Shown piece by piece: positions 54,022-64,000 of a stretch of DNA of 64,000 nucleotides. The position numbers and the translations under genes were made by a program. The stretch's first letter is position 1, and each line of letters starts with the position of its first letter. The notes beneath the pieces were generated by a model, which saw only the letters and a program-made list of their open reading frames with translations, did not search any database and was not told where the DNA came from. Source of the stretch: Octopus sinensis. Lineage: Eukaryota. Location: the NCBI RefSeq assembly GCF_006345805.1, contig NC_043006.1, positions 72,664,001 to 72,728,000 on the forward strand. Direction: 5' to 3'.

Positions 54022-54242
54022 TGGGTGGTGAGGGGCAACTGACTGAAATATTTCCTCAAATAAGTACCTGCCCAAACCATGCCTACATGGGAAAGCAGAC
54101 ATAGAACGAATAAACAATATATGTATGTATGTGTGTGTGTGTGTGTATGTGTAAAACGTATGTCTGTATATGTGTGTATATATAATGCATGTATATGTGT
54201 ATGTATATATATACATGTATATCATATGTAAATGTTTATATG

Positions 54243-54273
<31 letters not shown>

Positions 54274-54423
54274 TTGTATATACACACACATACATTGTAT
54301 TTGTATGTATAATACTGTCCATTTTCTTTCTTTTTTTTTCCAAAATAAAAACACTACATTGTTGGCATTTTGGTATTCAATAATTGCAAAAAAATTTTCT
54401 GAATAAAATTTTGTGTGTGTATT

Positions 54424-54455
<32 letters not shown>

Positions 54456-54626
54456 CAGCATTCATAAACCAGAATTAAATTGTTGATGATGTTTACAGTT
54501 TACCATCAGTTTAATTCTAGGTTGTGAATGGTGTATATATATATATATTAATGTTTTTATGTTATGATAAGTTTTACATTAAACTGAAGGATTACTCGGT
54601 ACAAATTTATTATTCTCTAACAAGAC

Positions 54627-54802
54627 AGTAACTTCAAAGTTTTGGCCAGTTAGCTCATCATCGAACTGTAATTCATTTAAATTCATCTTGGCTTTATGTA
54701 ATCAGGTTACCCTAGAAAATTTTTAACTTATATAAAGCCAAGATGAACTTAAATGAATTACAGTCCAATGATGGCTTAGCAGGCCAGAACTTCAAAGTCA
54801 CT
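54627..54802. mobile_element. Palindromic (foldback) MITE-like element
   Basis: ~70-bp inverted arms AGTAACTTCAAAGTTTTGGCC...CTTGGCTTTAT / ATAAAGCCAAG...GGCCAGAACTTCAAAGTCACT; a related single arm at ~2517-2565. Confidence 0.75.
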
Positions 54803-55188
54803 ACAAATAGATATATATTTACATATGTATTAACAGTGTTGAAACAAAATTTGTTTTAACACATGAATTCACATCAAGAATCTTGAAAATCAAATACAAA
54901 AATGAAACATAAATTCTTGATGTGAATTCATGCGTTGGAACAAATTTTGTTGTCTTGGGAGAGTCATTACGCCAATAATAACATACACAAGCACAGGTTC
55001 AATTCCACTTCTTTATTATTAGGCAATTATGTAGCTATCCAACTAACTAATTGATTGTTTGTTTAACATGTTAGTTAAATAGCCAATCAGTTTGTTTGTT
55101 CGTCAAAGTTCTTTTGTTGCTGTTTGCAACCCTTTCAGTGACTTGTAATCTCCCAACTCAATGTGAAGGCTGCTTTTGTGTGTGTGTG

Positions 55189-55232
<44 letters not shown>

Positions 55233-55316
55233 GTGTCGAAACACCATCCCTCCATTGTTAAGATATTAAGATGCTTTTCTTAAAATGAAACCAATGGTAG
55301 CCTTAATACACAAATA

Positions 55317-55358
<42 letters not shown>

Positions 55359-55363
<5 letters not shown>

Positions 55364-55925
55364 GTCCAAAAGTAGGTTTATAGTTATCACGTACACACTT
55401 CAAATTTATTTTAAAACATTTTATTACATTTAAATTTCTATCTTACAATCATATTGTTCTATGCACATCTTAAACAGACAATGTTTAATTTCTCAGATGA
55501 TCAAGATGTCCTCCTTCAACATTGCAACATTCTTCAAACCTCTTCAGAACACTCTCGCACACAGTGTAGCACAAATTCCAATCTCCATCAATTTCAGTCA
55601 ACATATCAGAAATGTAATCTTTTCATTCAATTACTGTTTTGGGATTCTTCTCATAAACCTTGTTCTTTACAACACTCCCAAAAAAGAAATCCATTGGTGT
55701 TGGGCTAGGTGAACATGGTGGCCATTTGATGCTGCCCATCTTCCAAGCTAACGCTGTGGAAAGGCTTAGTTAAGGTAGTCTCTTACTGTCAATGCATTTT
55801 GTGGAGGTGTTCCATCTTGCTGAATAATGGTTTCATATTTTTTCGATAATTAAGATCTAAACTGTTAATATATGAATGCAAAAGAGATAGTTGAACAACT
55901 GTAAACCTAATTTTGGGCCACCCTG
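55359..55925 (-). mobile_element. Internally deleted mariner/Tc1 element
   Basis: TIRs GTGGTCCAAAAGTAGGTTTA / TAAACCTAATTTTGGGCCACCCTG; minus-strand remnant WPPCSPSPTPMDF...KNKVY...EGGHLDHL is a transposase C-terminus. Confidence 0.8.
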
Positions 55926-56318
55926 TGTATACACACACACATATACAGAGAGAGAGAGAGAGGGCGGAAGGGGAGGAGCTGTTAGTTTGATGATGAGAAT
56001 TCATTTGGTTATTCAATGAACTGAATTACTTGCCCATGTAATTGGCATGTAAGTTGCTGAACTGTAAATGTAATTCCCTAACAGTGTATGACATAGTTGT
56101 ACCTTTGAATTACAGACACTATCCATCTGATGGGCTTCTATACCTAATTTTATTCACAAGGTAGCGATCAACCCAAGGCTATAGAAAATGACATTTGCCC
56201 AAGGTGTATGAAGTGGGATTGAACATGGAGCCATGTGGTTGCAAAGCAAATCTCTTAACCATTCAACCATACTCTGCTTGTTTACATGTATGTGTATATG
56301 TATATATCCGGATATGTA

Positions 56319-56352
<34 letters not shown>

Positions 56353-56530
56353 CATACACAAATCAGTAACAAACAGCAAATTCAAGAACAAAACAACAAA
56401 AGTCAAATGAACATACACAGTGAATATATTAATCTGATGTTTAGTGTGTACATATGTAAATATGTCTGTATGTGTGTACACACACACATATATATATATG
56501 TATATATATACACACACATATATACATATG

Positions 56531-56590
<60 letters not shown>

Positions 56591-58604
56591 CACACACACA
56601 CACACACACACACATGCTCACATACATATAATTTCTTTCAGAATGGTTCTTACATTTGTTGAATTCCAACAATGTAATGTTTTATCAAAAGAGAAAAAGT
56701 TTGTTATATTTTGGGATGGTCATCATCCGAAAATATAACAATACTGTTTCAACACATGGTTTCACATCAGGAATCTTGCTACACAACTTCATAAACAAAA
56801 AAAGCTTATTTTTCTGTTAATGATTTTTTTCTTCTTCTAGCAATTAGAATTCAAGGAAAAAAATTTTGTTTCTTATATATTGACTTTAGAAAATTTCAGA
56901 AATTTAATTTTTTTTATGTATTTAAAAAAAAAATTTTTTATATTTAGATACTTGTAGGATCTAAAGGAAAGAAAAAATTGTAGTTAGCAGTGAGTTTAAT
57001 GTGGTAATATTTTTTTATGAAGATACAACTTATTCCTCATCTCCTGGCATATAATGAAAATTTTTTTTCCTAATTGATTGAATCCATGTATGATTGGCAA
57101 ATAATATTTAATCCTCATTGTGTTAGTTCATTTCTCTGAACAGATATGAAGACGCATAACTCATGTTTTTCTAAGCAGTAGTGACACTGTATTAACATGT
57201 TACCTATTTGGGCTGACATTCAACAAGAGATATATACTAGAGGAGGTATCGAGGGAAAAGCTGTAGAGTTGAGGAAAGCCAAGTTTCTTTTTAATTCCAT
57301 CCTATATCAGTAATGCCCTATGTAATGGTAAATACATACTTTAATCTTGGAAAAACTTTAACATCATTTTAAACTATGTTGAAAATTGAATAAGCTAAGA
57401 GGGAGTTGTATATAAGTATTAATTATTTGTTAATCAATTTGCAAGATGATTTCTTTAGAATAGGTAATGTGATTTATGTAAAATAATGTTAAATATATTC
57501 GTTTTTCATTGCTTTTCAAAATTTTAATGAAGAAAGTATTTTCAGCTAATGAGAAAAATAAGTCTTATTAATTCAGAAACCTATAATGTTTATGGTACTG
57601 TTTTAAAACTACAAATCTCTGATGACCACATTCTCTATGATCTTGCAGTATTTGCATCTTATGGTTATTTGATCATAGTGTAATATGTTATTTAACAGAG
57701 CTGTTTTGCACTATTGTTGCTAATGTTGATAGAGAAAATATAAATTAATTTACTACATGCAATCTCATTTTTGCCTACCACATTGTCTTTTCAGCTTTCA
57801 TGCATATAGTGTATGTAAGAGAGCTTATTATGTTACCTGATATATTTAAAACTACAATCTTTAATTAAGCAAACAGTGTTAATATAGTCCAGACCAGTGG
57901 TCTACTCTGCAACTCTGAGAATCTAGAAAGAACAGTGTGTTAGATCAGTGTTTCATCAAAAGTCATTATATAAAAGCATTTTTTTCCCAAATTCTTTCTG
58001 CTTCACTATCTTACCATCTTCACATTTTCCCTTTTCTTTTTTTCTTTTTATTTTTGTGATCTTTATTACATTTTCCAGGGTTTTTTGGTTTTCTTGCACA
58101 GAATATCAAGTTGATGCTAAGAATCTGTTAACTAATAACATCAATTCTGTAATTAGATGTATTTTATTGATATAATCCATTTTCATTCATTTTCAAAATA
58201 CTATCATATACAGCTAGAAACAAAACTTCTTTCATAATAAGTAAAAATTATTTTACCTGCTCTTTCTTGTATTGTAACTTTAAAAAAAAAATGCTTTTAG
58301 ATATAAAGTTCCTTAAATGTAATTATTTATTGTATACATCATTGCAGCAGTCTTAGACTCTGGCTTGGTAGCTTTGTGCATTCTTTATTGTTCTCATTGA
58401 TAATTATTTTTTTAATGTTACACCTGGTCACAGATAATTCTACTCTTCCACATGTCAAGAGCTGATTATTAATATTATTGTAATTCCAAACATATTTATT
58501 CTCTTGTTCTCTTGACTATTTCTTGGTTTTCTACATCACTTGATTAAATTTTAGAGGATATATTTACTAACCTTTTTCTTCTTAACTTTCTGCATCATCA
58601 CCAG

Positions 58605-58652
58605 TGGGTATTTCTATGGACAGCTATAATACTTTCAATCATACACCTGTCG
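58605..58652 (+). CDS. DPF2: Probable d4/DPF 48-nt symmetric exon (VGISMDSYNTFNHTPV) in the C2H2-PHD linker
   Basis: TACTAAC branch point at 58565-58571, pyrimidine tract, CAG acceptor, G|GTGAGT donor; open frame with phase 1 to 1 continuing exon 6. No homology support seen. Confidence 0.65.
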
Positions 58653-61600
58653 GTGAGTGCCGTGTTTTAGATCTTACTGTAACTGGTAATCTTATCCATC
58701 AACTTTAAAATCCTTTGGATTTCTTGTGCTTTACTTGAGAGCAAAAACTTGGTATAATCATTATTTTTGAAGAGGTTGTATTAAGACAAATAGCTAGGGT
58801 TTCTCCATTGTTAAAAATGCTAGAATTATCTTTGTATTAAAAAGATATCTTGTTGCTGTTTAATAAAAAAAATTTTAAAAACTGCATTCGTAATCATCTA
58901 GGTGTTGAGATTGCTGTATCACTGTTAAGAGAGTAAAATAGTTAAAAATCAAATTACAACACAAATCTGTCTATTGCAATTTGCAATAAGTTTTGTCATT
59001 TTGTAATGATTTTTAGTTCAACATATGTCATAGTCTCTGCTCTTGCTGTGACTTTTTTGCTCTTATAACAGTGAATTACTTTCCTAGTTTTATTTTTCAT
59101 TTTTAATTTGGGATTTCTAAAGTCCGTTCAAATGGCTTGAATAAAAACCATTGATTATATTCTGTAATCTGATATTCAAATTATATTGCTAAGTCTGAGG
59201 TGTTTTTTTTTAATATCTCTTGATACTTTTTAAACCTTACTCTTTATTAATTATGAAAGACATTAAGAATTAGATTAAATTATGTTCATTTGTTACATGT
59301 GACTAATTATTCTATATCAATTTCATTTGAATTTATGTTATTAGCTTATATTGTTTATGACAAGTTTGATGCTCTCTTTTCGCATAATGAAGAAATGATT
59401 ATGGATATTAATTTACACTCACATTGTCTGTATACTAATAAATAAAAACACTTTGTTGATAGGAGGGCATTATTAATTCAAAACTAAGTATTTCTGGAAG
59501 TAACTAGATCATTTGATTACCACCTAGTTTTTTATTATCTGATGTAAGACGTTGCAGAATTTAGTCATAAGTCGACATGACTTTAGTTCTGAACCGAATG
59601 CTTTGTTTCATTAATTATCATTTCAGTTGTAATTATGACTTTCTTATGAAGTGGTTATTCCTAGATATCTATTATCTTTTAGTTATTCTAAATCACATAA
59701 TATATCTTGTGATTGATTACTTCAAGACTATTCATTTTCTTATTTCATTAAATTTTGCTATTGTTCAGAATCCTTAAGGCTCACAATAATGCAACCTAAT
59801 AGCATACTGGTTAAAAGGTAAATTCAGTGAGCTTTAAGAGATATATTGGTCACTGTTTAATCAAGTGGCTAGTGTTTGGATTCTCTTAGGGAATCAATTC
59901 TGTGACCCAGTTTCATTTACTAGTTGAAACCATTCGTTTATAGTGCTAATGATCTTAAAAAACACATGTAGCATTATTTGGTTTCTTTAAAATCTAATGC
60001 CTTAGTTGAATCTAATCAAATATTAAGTTTTTAATTATATTTTTATAAACATAAAATAATTCAGTCAGAATGTAATAGTTTGTTGCTTGAAAACTGAAGT
60101 TTGGGGAATACTTTCATATTAGGTTTTAGCAGCTATCATCATTGCTTATGTTTGATAATAAGAACTTAAAAGCCGTGTTTATGTTTTACTTGTCTCAATC
60201 ATTGGATTGTAGCCATGTTGGAGACAAGCAAATTGATCTCAGTACTATTTTTTAGTCTGGTATTTTATCGATATCCATTACTCATTTATGTTCCTGTAAC
60301 TATTAAATTACAGGGACATAAACTAACACTGGTCATCACGCAGTGGAAGTGGGATGACAGGCACAAGCACAAAGACACACACACACATATAACAGGCTTC
60401 CACACAGTTTCCACTTAGCAAATTCATTCACGTGGCATTGATCAGTCCAGGCCTATAGTAGAAAACACTTAGCTAAGGTGCTGCACAGTGGTACCGAACC
60501 TGAAACCATGTAGTTGTAAAGCAAGCTTCTTAATTATACAGCCATGCCTGCACCAAGAAGAAAACCTTTATTGTTTTCTTCATGTTTTAGAAATATCCTA
60601 AATGTTTTGTGCATATATTATTGCCATTTCAACTTATTATATGATGTGTAAGTTATAGAATGAAGTTTCTATAAAAAAAAAAAGAAAGAAAAGCAAAATA
60701 GATTTTTATTGTAACAGTACTTACTGCTTTTGTTTGATAGTATGTTTGTGATATATAAAATCTGTAACCAGTAGCATCATACCAGTTTATAATATCTTTG
60801 AGAAGGAAAAAAAGTTAACTATTGCATATCATTGTGGAGGTGCGTGGCTTAGTGGTTAAGGTGTCAGCATCATGATCGTAAGATTGTGGTTTCGATTCCT
60901 GGACCAGGCGACGTGTTGTGTTCTTGAGCAAAACACTTCATTTCTCGTTGCTCCAGTCCACTCAGCTGGCAAAAATGAGTAACGCTGCGATGGACTGGCA
61001 TCCCGTCCAGCTGGGGAACACATATGCCATAGAAACCAGGGCCATGAACCTGGCTATGCTTTAAAAGAGCACATTTATGTTATTTTTTATTGCATATCAT
61101 TATTATCTTCTAAAAATCTGAAGCTTCATGGTTATATATAACATCCATATTATTATCATAGTCATATTATTATGTTACAATCAGTAATGAAGATGACTAA
61201 GATATTAAGATGGCAGTGCTTTATGAAATCTAGTTTAGTAACTTAGTTTTCTGGTTTGTTGAAATAGCTGTAAAATTAAATTGACTTGATTAAAGATTCA
61301 CAAATCAATATTATCTTGAATAACAATGTGTTGGCAGTCTTTTTGTTTGTATGTTGCCACTTTGATTAAAGAAGCACATGAGTTTTCATAATTCCACACA
61401 ATATGATGTACGGAAACCACCAATTAACAAACAATTTAGTTTAGTCTTAAGGAGTATTTTTAAGGCAGCAAGGTGGCAGAATTATTAGCACACCAACAAA
61501 AATGCTTAATGGCATTTCTTCTAGCTGTACATTCCGAGTTCAAATGCTGCCATGGTTAACTTTGCCTTTCGTCTTTTCGGGATCAATAAAATAAGTATCA

Positions 61601-64000
61601 GTCAAGTTCTGGGGTTGATATACTCCTTTAGGCCTTATTTTATTATTATTACTTGTGTATTGTTTCACATCTGCGTGACTTTCACACTTTAGGTTAGTAA
61701 ATGAATAGCAAATTTTCAGTTATTGGTTCATAAATATTTTCAAGTTCTCATTTAAAATATATGCATCTTAAGACCTGCGTAGGTCATTATACAGCAATGA
61801 AATTGTTTACATCTTCACAATAGCATAAGACATAAAAAAAAATGGTTGATCACATTTGGTTATTGTTGCATATATCCTATCAACATTTTCCTTTTTTACA
61901 TCAAATACTTTTTGTTCTTTGCATGTTTTATATTAAATGTCTGACTTCTGCTTTTTCAATGGTCATTGGCTTCATAACTTTTGAATTTGTTTTGTTCTTC
62001 TCACTCTCTTTATAAAATGTGTGGATGTCTTTAATTCCTGCTTCTCTCACACTCTCTCTTTCTGTCTTTAAACTTTGAAAATGTTTTTCAAAAGTGTTTT
62101 TGTGACATTTTATTTTTTTTCCTGGATATTAATATCTTTATCAATCTAAATAGAACTGAACTTTAAGAAAGAGCTGAAAACATAAGCAAATCAGCAGATG
62201 TTGTCATAAAACATTCTGTTTTTTATACTATTTTAACAAATGATTTTTTTTTCCTTTTGATTGTTTTTGATATCTCACTTGAATACTAACATATGCGTTC
62301 ATCTGCTTTTGCACATATCAACTGCTTGCTATACATCAGTAACCTACAGTTTGGTAAATAAATAAACCTGCTGTGACTGGCAATTGACCTTAAACTGTAT
62401 TCATATCCTCTAGGGATCATTTTGCTATTGGAATTAATATTCTTTTATTTATTAGTTTGATAAGAGACCAGTGACTGTCTTTGTTAGGCCGTTCCTGGGG
62501 TGATGTCAGCACAGTCAACATTTAATTTTAATCATAGGCTCCGAGGTGAAGGGAAATATGAACAGAGAATGAGTTCCAAGAAGGCATAGTTCTAACGAAG
62601 CTTGATTGAACATATAAGTACAGTGGCTTTTGTGTGGCCAGTCAAAGGGTGTTGAGTGGGCTTAGGTGTGGATAGTAATGCCATTCTTGTAACAATTGAA
62701 GAGACAAGCATGGACTTAGCAATCAGGTACAGATAGCTTTGCCCTGGATGCCACCAAGGAGTTTTGTATGAATTGTTTACCTTTCCAAATGCATGAGACA
62801 CATTTGTACTTTGTATAAAGGGTTAGACTTACTTGGTGTTAAGTAGTGTGGTGGCTCTAAAGAAGGAATCCAGCTTTTGTAGTGTTGTTTCAGTTAAGTT
62901 TGATATATAGAGTCTGAACAGTTTCAAACATAGGTTTGGCATGTGTAACCATGGATTGTTCATGAGTAAAAACATTGTAGGTTTGTTTGATTGAAGCAGG
63001 GAGCATATACTAAATGTAACTTATCAAATAGTAAGATAAACAAGCTTCCCACTAAACTTCTTCAAGGCAACTTAACTCTGATGTTTGACATAGGAAAGAA
63101 TTCAAATTTTCCATTATTAAGAAGACATGGTATAAGGAAAGATGATTCTTCATTATAACCACTAATATCTTGATTGGTAACCTCTCCAAGTAACTGTTCA
63201 TCTTGGAAATGATTTGTGTTTATCTTTGAATGTCCAGAGAGCTGAGTGGAAATTGAGGCCACTCAGCTCTATAGATGTCTGTCAGCTACTTTTTTTATGT
63301 TGGTTTTTATGTACCAGGGCTCAGTATATTCAATGACAATAATACTGTGATATTTCAGCAAAGAGGAAATGTAGGGTGAAGGGAGGATTCATCATGATGG
63401 TCTATAACTCAAGTTAGTTAGAGAGGAGGTTAAGTACATAGATACTGACCGATGAAAATAGCAAATGTTTCAGCTTCTGCTCTGGAAGAGTTTGCTGTAT
63501 GTCTGTAAGCTAGTGTGGCAGAAACATTACAACACTGAATTAAATGCTTTTCCAGTATTTTATTTCATTGCATTATGTTCTGATTTGGTAAAAAAGATAG
63601 GTGAGGTACCAGTCAAGTACTGGGTTCAATTCACTTGATCCTATTCCTTCTTGACAAATTCAAGGCTTTGTGCCAAAGGTAGCATCTGTAGAGCACAGGA
63701 CTAAATATGGTAGGAATATAGTTTACATTCCTTTATGCTCTCTTAGTTTATTTAATGCCGAAATCAAACTTGCCTTTCATCCTTTGAGAGTTAATGAAAT
63801 GAGCACTGGAATGGGGTGGGTTTGGAGTTTAGTTAAGTCATATATATACTCTTGTCAACGTGTGTAACCCTTTGCTAAAGTAAGAAGTAATTATTGGTGC
63901 CATGAATTTATATCACATTGTGATCTGGTTTACATAACCAGTTAAAGACATACATGTTTAAACTGTTAAATAATACTCAGTAAAAACCTGAAATGTCACA

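Overview
AT-rich, repeat-dense eukaryotic genomic DNA. The SINE families and the (TA)n/(CA)n/(CAT)n/(ATT)n tracts point to an octopus or other coleoid cephalopod; this is an inference. The main feature is the 5' part of a + strand d4/DPF (BAF45/Requiem; DPF1/2/3 ortholog) gene. It has a compact CpG-retaining promoter at ~15.93-15.99 kb and six phase-consistent coding exons (16022-16041, 23635-23798, 23992-24111, 27695-27900, 28525-28603, 37453-37572) encoding the Requiem/2-3 domain, an acidic/basic linker and the C2H2 finger. A probable seventh, 48-nt exon lies at 58605-58652. I could not find the double-PHD exons, which probably lie beyond the right edge. The rest is intron or intergenic DNA full of tRNA-derived SINEs, RTE-tail SINEs, CR1/RTE LINE remnants, Tc1/mariner relics, MITEs and microsatellites. 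Nearly all ORFs in the supplied track are repeat artefacts. The most interesting unexplained signals are two microexon-like splice cassettes in the C2H2-PHD linker, several strong intronic hairpins, a near-perfect 760-bp tandem duplication and an unresolved possible neighbouring gene in 1-15 kb. I found no clear evidence of a wholly new biological system.
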